64,000 nucleotides of DNA from Candidatus Latescibacterota bacterium (GTDB lineage Bacteria > Latescibacterota > UBA2968 > GCA-2709665): assembly GCA_965248435.1 (NCBI GenBank), contig OZ252100.1:4864001-4928000 (forward strand), written 5' to 3'. The notes under the pieces are model-generated. The model was not told the DNA's origin and made no database searches. It saw only the letters and a list, made by a program, of their open reading frames with translations. Position numbers and translations under genes: made by a program. Shown piece by piece: positions 56,108-64,000 of this stretch (position 1 is the stretch's first letter; every line of letters starts with the position of its first letter).

Positions 56108-56896
56108 GTGACGCATCAGACTCCCTACGAATTGCGCTTATCCTGCCGTGAGGGCGTGTTCTCAGGGCCCACGTTCGAATCCGCTCCGGGAATTCTCCAG
56201 GCGAACCTGGTGATCGTGCCGGCGACGCTCGCGGACGATTTCGAAACGTTCTGTCGACTCAATCCGAAGCCGTGCCCGCTCCTCGAAAGAACGAAACCCG
56301 GCAGCTATGAACTGCGAAAACTGGCACAGGACGTCGATCTCCGCACAGACCTGCCCAAATATCGGGTGTTTCAGAACGGGTCGTTCGTTGCCGAACCGAC
56401 GGATATTCTGAGCTGGTGGCGCGATGACCTGGTCGCCTTTCTGCTGGGCTGCTCCCTCTCCTTCGAGCACGCGATGCTGGCGTCCGGTCTTCCGGTGCGC
56501 CACGTCGAAGAACATCGAAACGGTCCGGTGTATCGAACGAACATCCCCTGTCAGACGGCGGGGAGCTTTCACGGCCCCACGGTCGTCTCTATGCGGCCGA
56601 TCCCTCCCGGTCTCGTGGATCGCGCTATACAGCTCACTGAGAAGTATCCGTTCGCTCACGGAGCGCCGCTGCACGTCGGAGATCCATCCACGATCGGGAT
56701 TAAGGACCTCCAGTCGCCGGACTTCGGTGAAGCCGTAACGATACACGCAGACGAGACGCCCGTGTTCTGGGCCTGCGGTGTGACTCCGCAGGTCGTACTG
56801 CTGGAATCGAAAACCGAATTTGCTATCACGCACAGTCCAGGTCATATGTTCGTCACTGATATCAAATCTGATGAATTTGTTTGGGAGAGGGCTTAG
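56108..56896 (+). CDS. DUF1445 putative hydro-lyase (D-glutamate cyclase-like)
   Basis: QANLVI, NPKPCPLL, D.RTDLP.Y, GCS.SFE, VVSMRP, HGAP.H.GDP, FWACGVTPQ, THSPGHM. Confidence 0.92.
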   Translation: MTHQTPYELRLSCREGVFSGPTFESAPGILQANLVIVPATLADDFETFCRLNPKPCPLLERTKPGSYELRKLAQDVDLRTDLPKYRVFQNGSFVAEPTDILSWWRDDLVAFLLGCSLSFEHAMLASGLPVRHVEEHRNGPVYRTNIPCQTAGSFHGPTVVSMRPIPPGLVDRAIQLTEKYPFAHGAPLHVGDPSTIGIKDLQSPDFGEAVTIHADETPVFWACGVTPQVVLLESKTEFAITHSPGHMFVTDIKSDEFVWERA

Positions 56897-56960
56897 CGAG
56901 ACGCTCCAGCTGACGCGGATAAGCCGAGCCGCTGAGCATCACATAGGAATTCGCCAAACT

Positions 56961-57317
56961 ATGAAACCTGCACGTTGCATCTTTTTTACGAACAAAGTGG
57001 AACTGATGGTCTCGTTCTATCGGGACGTGATGAAGATGAAGATCGTGAATCCTCCGAAGGCGATGGACTACGAAGCCGAAGATTGGGTTCAGCTTTCGAG
57101 CGGTGGGGTCGAGATCGGCATCCATCGGGCTGGAAAACCCGGATGCGGCGGACCGAACCGGAACAAGCTCGTCTTCATTGTCCGTAATGTGGGCGAAACG
57201 CGTGAGGCGCTTCAGAGTCGGGGTGCTCGTATGGGAAAGCACCAGGTCAATTCACAGTTCGAGTGTTGTGACTTCAAGGACCCCGATGGAAACGTCCTGC
57301 AGATTTCGAGCCGGTGA
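56961..57317 (+). CDS. VOC/glyoxalase protein
   Basis: FYRDV, F.DPDGNVLQI. Confidence 0.85.
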   Translation: MKPARCIFFTNKVELMVSFYRDVMKMKIVNPPKAMDYEAEDWVQLSSGGVEIGIHRAGKPGCGGPNRNKLVFIVRNVGETREALQSRGARMGKHQVNSQFECCDFKDPDGNVLQISSR

Positions 57318-57423
57318 ATGTCAGGCAAGATGAAGACCTAGGAATAGACCGAACATTCTCTACATCCACTCGCTTAGCCCGGGCGATATTCAAGATGAAA
57401 ATTCAAGTTCAACGGAGGAAAAG

Positions 57424-57840
57424 GTGAATGTTAACGAAGTTGTGCCGTTTTTCGCGGTGAGAGACATGGGGAAATCACTCGCGTTCTATGTCGATGGACT
57501 TGGGTTCGAAATGAAGACCAAATGGGAGGATGAAGGAGTGCTGAGATGGTGTCGCTTGCAGATCGGCGGCGCGGGATTGATGCTTCAGCAATTCAAGACG
57601 GAAGGGCACGATTCGTGGCAGTTCAGCGACAACAAAGGCGAAGGGGTCTCGATTTGTTTCTTCTGCGAAAATGCGGTCGAACTGTATCGGGGCCTCAAAT
57701 TACGTGGGATAGATGCATCGGAACCGGTCGTGGGCAACGGGTTGTGGGTAACGTCCGTGATCGACCCGGACGGATACAAGATGAGTTTCGAGAGCCCTAC
57801 GGATGTCCCAGAAGAGACGGGACTATCGCAGATAGAATAA
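57424..57840 (+). CDS. VOC/glyoxalase protein
   Basis: VP.F.V.DM.KSL.FY.DGLGF, DPDGY. Confidence 0.88.
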   Translation: MNVNEVVPFFAVRDMGKSLAFYVDGLGFEMKTKWEDEGVLRWCRLQIGGAGLMLQQFKTEGHDSWQFSDNKGEGVSICFFCENAVELYRGLKLRGIDASEPVVGNGLWVTSVIDPDGYKMSFESPTDVPEETGLSQIE

Positions 57841-57861
57841 GTCATCAAGGAGATCTGGCGT

Positions 57862-58317
57862 ATGCACGTTTACCTATCCGGTGAAGTCCACAGCGACTGG
57901 CGATCTGAGATCGTCGACGCCTGCAAGTCAGAGCAGTTGCCTGTCACCTTCACGGGTCCGGTGACCGACCATGGCCTGTCAGACAGCGTTGGCGCCGACA
58001 TTCTGGGGGAAGAAACGGACGCATTCTGGGGCGATCACAAGTCGGCTAAGATCAATGCGATACGCATACGGACGATGATCGAGCAGGCGGACCTTGTCGT
58101 CGTAAAGTTCGGCGACAAATTTCGACAGTGGAATGCGGCCTTCGATGCGGGCTATGCGGTCGCAAAGGGAAAGCCGGTGATTGTGCTCCATCCGGACGAT
58201 CTTCGTCATCCGCTCAAGGAGGTCGACGCGGCGGCCATGGCTGTGGCAGAGACGCCGCAGCAAGTCGTGGAGATTCTCAAGTACGTCGCTGCGAAGCAGG
58301 AGAAAATCGATTCCTGA
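57862..58317 (+). CDS. YtoQ family protein (nucleoside 2-deoxyribosyltransferase-like)
   Basis: VYLSGE.H.DWR, PVTDH..SD, QWNAAFDAG, HPLKEVD. Confidence 0.9.
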   Translation: MHVYLSGEVHSDWRSEIVDACKSEQLPVTFTGPVTDHGLSDSVGADILGEETDAFWGDHKSAKINAIRIRTMIEQADLVVVKFGDKFRQWNAAFDAGYAVAKGKPVIVLHPDDLRHPLKEVDAAAMAVAETPQQVVEILKYVAAKQEKIDS

Positions 58318-58892
58318 TGAGCCATTTCATTCTATCCCAGATATTGGCCGCTTTCGCCTTCGCGTGCGGCATGATCTCGTATCAGTTCAAGGAGAGACGT
58401 TCCATACTGCTCTGGATGTTCGGCTCTGCCAGCTGCAACGCGAATCATTTCTATTTTCTGGGCAGGCCAGGTCCGGCGTGTATTGCTCTCGTGGTCGGCG
58501 CCCGATCTCTTGTTTCCGCCTTCAGTATAAACCAAAGCCTGATGGTTCTGTTTCAGGGCCTTACTGTCGTCGGATTCTTCCTGACCTATCAGAATTCGTT
58601 GAGCTATCTCGTCCTGTTCGCCGGACTTGTGGCGGGATATGCGAGCTTCCAGCAGAGTGACAGAAAGATCCGCATCCTGTTCCTGCTGTGCGGGTTGATG
58701 TGGTTGACGCACAACCTGCTGGCCGGGTCCCCGGTCGGCTCGTTGATGGAGGCCACGTTCGTAACAAGCAATCTGATCGGCTACTGGCGTTTCTATCACC
58801 GCGGCAGATCGATCGACTCTGCGGACGATCAGGGAATGAAGCGGGACGGCGAGACTGATGTGCGCGTGGATGTTCGTGTTGGGCACGGGTGA
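58317..58892 (+). CDS. YgjV-like inner membrane protein
   Basis: SQI, S.QFK.R, HF..LG, W..HN...GS patterns; multiple TM helices. Confidence 0.75.
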   Translation: MSHFILSQILAAFAFACGMISYQFKERRSILLWMFGSASCNANHFYFLGRPGPACIALVVGARSLVSAFSINQSLMVLFQGLTVVGFFLTYQNSLSYLVLFAGLVAGYASFQQSDRKIRILFLLCGLMWLTHNLLAGSPVGSLMEATFVTSNLIGYWRFYHRGRSIDSADDQGMKRDGETDVRVDVRVGHG

Positions 58893-58930
58893 GAAGTGAT
58901 TAAGCTCTGGCGAGAGCGACTGGATTAGGG

Positions 58931-59416
58931 ATGACGAGATTGGGTTTGGTCGTCGCAGCTATGCTCGGTCTGCTTGTCGGTCTGGGGGGCTTTGCGTTTC
59001 ATTATGGGGAGGGGCTTTCCTATTTCAGCAAGGACCCAGCCGCGTGCGCGAACTGTCACATCATGCAGCCTCAGTATGATTCCTGGCAAAAGGCCAGCCA
59101 TCACACGATGGCCACCTGCGTAGATTGCCATCTTCCTCACGACTTGATTCCAAAGTGGGTTGCAAAGGCTGAAAACGGATTCTGGCATTCCAAAGGATTC
59201 ACCTTTCAGGATTTTCATGAACCGATTTTCATTCGAAAAAGTAATCAGATGGTACTACATGACAATTGCCTCCGTTGCCATTCCGAATTTGTGCGAGAAT
59301 CAATACTAACAACCGATGCGATCAACTGCGTACATTGTCACCGGTCCGTTGGCCATGGAGAAACGGTGGGACTCGGAAAGTTTCAGGCCGTTGATCTTGG
59401 GTCGACCAAACAATAG
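58931..59416 (+). CDS. nrfH: Cytochrome c nitrite reductase small subunit (NapC/NirT family)
   Basis: N-terminal TM helix; four hemes CANCH(IM), CVDCH, CLRCH, CVHCH. Confidence 0.93.
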   Translation: MTRLGLVVAAMLGLLVGLGGFAFHYGEGLSYFSKDPAACANCHIMQPQYDSWQKASHHTMATCVDCHLPHDLIPKWVAKAENGFWHSKGFTFQDFHEPIFIRKSNQMVLHDNCLRCHSEFVRESILTTDAINCVHCHRSVGHGETVGLGKFQAVDLGSTKQ

Positions 59417-59434
59417 GCAATAGGATGAATAGTC

Positions 59435-60877
59435 ATGAACCGCATTAGATCACTCGCGGGTTACGGTGTAGTCATTGTGGTTGTCGGGACAGCCAGTGCT
59501 TTGGTCACGGCTCTGATCATGAATATCTTCGAGCGAAAGACCGAAGCGTTGAACCCGTACGTGCGCCTTGTGGAGGTGGGGGAAGATGATACCGACCCCA
59601 AGAAGTGGGGTGTTAATTGGCCCAAGCAGTTCGACTCCTACCAGCTGACAGCCCTCGCCACGCGTACTCGCTTTGGGGGACACGGCGGCAGCGAAGCGCT
59701 TCCGGAAGAGAAGATCGAGCGCGATCCGTGGCTTAAGCGAATGTTTCTGGGCTACGCCTTTTCCATCGACTACCGGGATCATCGTGGTCACGCCTACATG
59801 CTGCACGACCAGGAGGCGACCGAACGTCTGACCAAGCCCCAAACGGGTTCCTGTTTGCATTGTCATGCATCCGTCATGCCCTTGTATCGGGAGCTGGGTG
59901 GAGGCGACGCCATTGCGGGCTTCGACATGACCTACAAGATGTCTTATCAGGAGCTGAACACCAGGCTGCACGAGAGTGGCCATGCTCACGCTGTTTCCTG
60001 TGTTGATTGCCACGATCCCAGGACAATGGAACTGCGAATCACGCGTCCGGGATTCATTAGGGGAATTCAAGCTCTCGCCGAATCCGAAGCCCTCTTGCCA
60101 CAGATGCCCTCAATCGAACGCTGGCGTGACACGAATCGGAAAGCGCCTTACAACCCAAATCTCGTGGCCACGCGCACGGAAATGCGTTCTTTCGTCTGCG
60201 CTCAATGCCACGTGGAATACTACTGTTCCAGTGCAATGCCACTTGAGTTCCCCTGGAGCAATGGGCTTCGCGTCCAGGATGAAGAAGCCCACTGGAACGA
60301 AACCACCTTACCCGACGGATCTCGATTTTACGACTATAAGCACGGTGAGACGGGCGCCGAGATTCTCAAGGCCCAACATCCGGAGTTTGAGTTGTGGTCG
60401 CAGGGGATTCACTCTCGATCGGGTGTCGCGTGCGCGGATTGTCATATGCCATATCAACGCGATGGAGCGACCAAAGTTTCAGACCACTGGGTACGAAGTC
60501 CGTTACTCAATGTCAACCGCGCGTGCCAGATTTGCCACCATGTCGAGGAAAAGGAGATCATTGCTCGGGTAGGTGCCATTCAGGAGCGAAACTTCAATCT
60601 CCTCCAACGCGCTGCCCAGGCGCTGATGGATCAACTCGATGCGATCCAGGCCGCCAAGCAGGCCGGTGCCACTGATACTCAATTGCACGAGGCCCTTGAA
60701 CTCCAGCGCAAGGCGCAGTGGCGCCTGGACTTCATTGCCGCAGAAAACTCGATGGGATTTCATGCCCCTCAGGAAGCGGCGCGGATCCTTGGTGAAGCGG
60801 CTGATTATGCCCGCCAGGGCCAGGTAGCTGCACTCATAGCAAAGGGATCTGCTGCGATCGACAGCAAGCCCGAGTAA
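59435..60877 (+). CDS. nrfA: Ammonia-forming cytochrome c nitrite reductase, CxxCH heme-1 variant
   Basis: GYAFSIDY...RGH; five hemes [31 protein letters not shown]; KAQHPEFE; AENS.GFHAP. Confidence 0.93.
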   Translation: MNRIRSLAGYGVVIVVVGTASALVTALIMNIFERKTEALNPYVRLVEVGEDDTDPKKWGVNWPKQFDSYQLTALATRTRFGGHGGSEALPEEKIERDPWLKRMFLGYAFSIDYRDHRGHAYMLHDQEATERLTKPQTGSCLHCHASVMPLYRELGGGDAIAGFDMTYKMSYQELNTRLHESGHAHAVSCVDCHDPRTMELRITRPGFIRGIQALAESEALLPQMPSIERWRDTNRKAPYNPNLVATRTEMRSFVCAQCHVEYYCSSAMPLEFPWSNGLRVQDEEAHWNETTLPDGSRFYDYKHGETGAEILKAQHPEFELWSQGIHSRSGVACADCHMPYQRDGATKVSDHWVRSPLLNVNRACQICHHVEEKEIIARVGAIQERNFNLLQRAAQALMDQLDAIQAAKQAGATDTQLHEALELQRKAQWRLDFIAAENSMGFHAPQEAARILGEAADYARQGQVAALIAKGSAAIDSKPE

Positions 60878-60892
60878 GGTCTATTCTAAACC

Positions 60893-61715
60893 ATGGTAAG
60901 CGACCGCGATATCTTCTTCTTCGACCTGCGCGGGTATCTGTTGCTGGAACAAGCCCTGTCGGCCCAGGAAGTCGCCCAACTGAACAGCGATTCTGGACGA
61001 GGCACCTGAACTCAAGCCTGGAGAGTGGTGGGGCCACGTACACGCGCATTGGTATGACGACCACGACGGGCTGAACCTTCAGCAGATTTACGAAGCGGGT
61101 GAGCCGTTCGAACGGCTCATCGACCATCCGTCCTGGATCGACAAGGTCAAATGTTTCGTGGGTGGGGAGGGCACGTTCGACTGGAATCACGGACCGTTGT
61201 TCATCGACGAAAACTTCGCCAACTTTCGTGGGCCGGGCGAAGCGATCGGCATGCATTCGGGTGGACATCTCGGCTCGTTGCGTAACCAGTTTCGCGTTAA
61301 GAACGACAAGTTTCATTGCGGCCAGATCAACGTGCTTATGGCTCTGACGGACATCGGTCCAGGGGATGGCGGCACGCTGATCATCCCCGGTTCGCACAAG
61401 TCCAACTTCGCCCACCCGGACTTCGAGCAGGTTCGTATGCGCGCCGAACGTGCCGGCGACATTCCGGAGGGGGCCCTGGAATTCCACGTGAAGGCCGGCG
61501 ATGCCCTGCTCTTTGTCGACTCGATCTGTCACGGTTCGGCCAGGCGCGTCAACCCGGGCCGGCGGCGCACGGTCGTCTACCGCTATGGTCCGTCGTGGGG
61601 CAACTTTCGGCACAACTACGATGTCTCACAGGATTTGCTGGCGCGCCTGACGCCTGAGCGGCAGCAGATCGTAAGACCCCGTTCCGCCTGGCCGCCGGAA
61701 ACACCATCGGGGTGA
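60893..61715 (+). pseudogene. PhyH family Fe/2OG enzyme with a 1-nt frameshift at about 60986
   Basis: MVSDRDIFFFDLRGYLLLEQALS..EV..LN from 60893; removing one base joins it to AILDE...LIDHP...GDGGT.IIPGSHK...KAGDAL.F...CHG, giving about 273 aa. Confidence 0.8.
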
Positions 61716-61828
61716 ATGGCATAGCGGGTGGCCCATCAGTCGATGGAACGGCCTGCCGACGCGGTGCGTCTAATACCATGGTCAGTTGTAGGCAGATGGA
61801 GAGAGCGGCTTTGAGAAAAGCCATCTAT

Positions 61829-61915
61829 GACCGCGGACCACAGACGGCGGACCGCCAAACGCGAATGATCACGTTATTCGTCTCGCGGTCTGCGGTTTGT
61901 CGTCCGTCGCCTGCC
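61829..61915. repeat. Heptamer-periodic palindromic repeat, copy 2
   Basis: GACCGCGGACCACAGACGGCGGACCGC ... TCTCGCGGTCTGCGGTTTGTCGTCCGTCG, related to 20829-20990. Confidence 0.7.
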
Positions 61916-61935
61916 TTTGAGGGAGGGATAAGAGA

Positions 61936-62280
61936 ATGGCTCTGGTCTTGAGCAGCAACGAGATTCCGGAAACGGTCGTGTCGGACCTCGCGATCCGGCG
62001 CACAATCACGGGTGAAAACCTGATGCTGACGCGCTATGAAGCGAAGGCGGGCGCGGAGTTCGAGGGTCACAGTCACCCGGAAGAGCAGGTCGGCTACGTG
62101 ATCAAGGGTCGCGTCGAGTTCTTCATCGGGGAGCCGGAAGTGAGGTACGAGTTCGCCGCAGGGACGTTCTTTCGGTTCGAACCCAACGAGCGGCACCGGT
62201 CGAGGGCGCTCGAAGACATCGTTGTCGTGGACATCTTCTCTCCGCCGAGGCCGGAGTACGTGGCAGAGGCCAAGCGTTAA
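61936..62280 (+). CDS. Cupin domain protein
   Basis: HSHPEEQ, PNERH, DIFSPPR. Confidence 0.9.
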   Translation: MALVLSSNEIPETVVSDLAIRRTITGENLMLTRYEAKAGAEFEGHSHPEEQVGYVIKGRVEFFIGEPEVRYEFAAGTFFRFEPNERHRSRALEDIVVVDIFSPPRPEYVAEAKR

Positions 62281-62402
62281 TCCAGTCACGACCAGGCTTG
62301 AATGGATATGTGGACCTCGTCTTACCACATAGGGTAATTATAATGTATATTTATAGTACGCGACTACTTCAACCAGTCGGTGTAAACCCCAGGAGGTAAC
62401 TT

Positions 62403-63032
62403 ATGAATCGATGGATCGCGCTTTTGATCGTTTTTGCGTTCGGGCTCGGTTCCCCAGCCTTCGCCGATGTGATCTGGCCGGAGACCGATCCGGAGCAGGA
62501 GGGGATCGCCGGGGTCATTCCGAATCCCTTTTACGCGGGGCGGCTCGAGGTCAGCCCCGTCTTATCGATGACTATCTCAGGAAACACACTCGTGTATCGC
62601 GCGGGTGCGTCGGTCGGCTACTCGATCACGCTCGGCCACCAGGTCGGTGGGTCGTTCGTGGTCGGCAACCGAATCTGGGATCGTAGTTCGAGGAGCGACG
62701 TCCTCCTGAGATCACCTGGAAACACGGGGAATCAGGGCACGCCGTATCGTTCCTTCGACGATGGATTCGGGTCCTCTCTAACCGGGTTCTATCGCTACAA
62801 TATTCCCTGGGAGGTCGAAAAGCGGACCTTCCCGTTCGTAGAGCTGTTCGGGGGGCGTGACTTCTGGAGTTGGGGGGACATCAGCGAGCTCGGGGCAGGA
62901 ACGGGTGTTCGAAAGATGGTAAGCAAAAGGACCGCGTTGACGGCCCAATACGCCTATTCTGTCCTGTTTGCGAACGGTGAGCAGGCGCAGCGGCACGTCG
63001 TGACGGCGGGGATATCGAAGTTTTTCAGATAA
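62403..63032 (+). CDS. Hypothetical secreted protein, probable small outer-membrane beta-barrel
   Basis: Signal peptide ending AFA, alternating amphipathic strands, aromatic C-terminus GISKFFR; AGGAGG RBS. Confidence 0.7.
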   Translation: MNRWIALLIVFAFGLGSPAFADVIWPETDPEQEGIAGVIPNPFYAGRLEVSPVLSMTISGNTLVYRAGASVGYSITLGHQVGGSFVVGNRIWDRSSRSDVLLRSPGNTGNQGTPYRSFDDGFGSSLTGFYRYNIPWEVEKRTFPFVELFGGRDFWSWGDISELGAGTGVRKMVSKRTALTAQYAYSVLFANGEQAQRHVVTAGISKFFR

Positions 63033-63054
63033 TCTCTCCAGAAGAGCAAAACAG

Positions 63055-63087
63055 ACCCGGTCCCACGGTTGTGGGGCCGGGTTTTTT
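63055..63087 (+). terminator. Rho-independent terminator
   Basis: ACCCGGTCCCAC/GTGGGGCCGGGT stem followed by a T-run. Confidence 0.85.
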
Positions 63088-63194
63088 GTGCTCTTCACCG
63101 AACTTCGGGACGAGGTGGGAGATCTAGGGGAAGACTCATCCTTCCCTTGCTACAATCGGTTCTTCCTACCCCACGACATCCCATGCCTCCGGCG

Positions 63195-63230
63195 GCCTAC
63201 TTTTCTTGTCTCGCCACAAGAAAAGTAGGC
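63195..63230. repeat. Perfect 15-bp inverted repeat within a long non-coding element
   Basis: GCCTACTTTTCTTGT-CTCGCC-ACAAGAAAAGTAGGC. Confidence 0.8.
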
Positions 63231-63541
63231 AAAAGAAAGGCGCCGCTCAAACGCCGCGGGGGCTCGGGCCGCGGCACCTCACCCTCAGTAGAAAGGACGA
63301 TGGCGGCAATCAGGGCGGGACTCCTGCCCCGCCTGACGCCCACTATGGGACCGGCCCAGAGGGCCTAACCGCGTGGGAGGTGAAAGAACGAGGTTGCATG
63401 GGAGTCGCACACCGCGGCCCTGATGGCTTTGAGCGATGCATCTCGCGAGTTCGGGGTCGCTCGCAATCCGGCGAGTTTTACAAATAAAGCCTATTTTGTT
63501 AACCCCAACATTCGGCGATGAACCTTTTTTCGTCTGGTCGT

Positions 63542-63871
63542 TCATCTTTTGGTTTCCACTCGGGCGGCAAGCGGGCGGATCTTCTGGAGGTCCTTTCGGT
63601 AGCGCTGCTCTGATTCCCAAAGGTCCCTCGTACGCTGCGCATTCAACCAGAATTCTGGCGAATTCCCGAACAGACGGGAAAGCTTCAACGCCATGACAGG
63701 TGTGATCGCGCGTCTTTCCCTGAGCAGCTCATTCACTGTCTGACGCGAGACACCAATTCCCTTCGCGAGGGTTGCAGTTGTCAAATTGTAATCCGGAATG
63801 AAGTCTTCCCGAATCATCTCTCCCGGATGTGTCGGTGCGTATCTTCGCTTGCGCCTATTTGGTATGGACAT
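63542..63871 (-). CDS. higA: HigA family antitoxin
   Basis: PTHPGE.I.EDF, HTH GVSRQTVNE, IT..MALKL.R.FG.SPEFWLN.Q. Confidence 0.93.
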   Translation of the reverse strand: MSIPNRRKRRYAPTHPGEMIREDFIPDYNLTTATLAKGIGVSRQTVNELLRERRAITPVMALKLSRLFGNSPEFWLNAQRTRDLWESEQRYRKDLQKIRPLAARVETKR

Positions 63872-63883
63872 ATGACCTCTCTC

Positions 63884-64000
63884 CTAATGATAGTCGGTGA
63901 TCTCGACGTCGAACGCATCGCCATCAGCAAAACGAAAGCAGATCCGCCATTGATCGTTGATCGATATGGAGAATTGCCCTCTCCGATCGCCTCTCAATGC
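63884..64000 (-). CDS. higB: HigB/RelE family toxin (3' end only, runs off the window)
   Basis: Translates ALRGDRRGQFSISINDQWRICFRFADGDAFDVEITDYH*, directly upstream of higA. Confidence 0.9.
   Translation of the reverse strand, partial: ALRGDRRGQFSISINDQWRICFRFADGDAFDVEITDYH

Overview
GC-rich bacterial chromosomal window with no rRNA, tRNA, CRISPR array or transposase recognised. The diderm envelope genes, flagellar genes and expanded PhyH/HpcH/VOC catabolic families resemble Candidatus Latescibacterota-type genomes, but that is inference only. Contents in order: (1) 0-6.8 kb, a minus-strand coxS-L-M-G-like (form II, AYRGAGR) molybdenum hydroxylase cluster followed by a cupin, a truncated DoxX, a ring-cleaving dioxygenase and an FMN reductase. 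(2) 6.9-21.2 kb, housekeeping genes (penicillin acylase, DUF1844, LptE-like, NUDIX, cysK, ArnT-like glycosyltransferase, ssb, O-methyltransferase) interleaved with what looks like a dispersed motility-accessory regulon: an orphan fliG, an atypical PilZ protein, two paralogous ~60-aa microproteins sharing LIxxFGxEKGLHxLNxxTA, two YjfB-like microproteins and a membrane protein with a FliF-like tail. These are linked by two near-identical sigma54 boxes and two sigma28-type promoters. (3) 22.9-35.1 kb, a complete alternative complex III plus SCO and A2-type caa3 oxidase operon. (4) 35-58 kb, a long catabolic tract (HpcH aldolases, M24 peptidase, 2-hydroxyacid dehydrogenase, GH28, TPP enzymes, a sarcosine-oxidase-like complex with an Fe-S/gamma-fused alpha subunit, PhyH, CocE, DUF1445, VOC proteins) punctuated by several families of palindromic intergenic repeats. 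(5) 58.9-64 kb, nrfHA with a CxxCH active-site variant, a frameshifted HxG-type PhyH gene, a cupin, an outer-membrane protein and a HigBA toxin-antitoxin pair. All family calls come from motifs read by eye; no database search was run.
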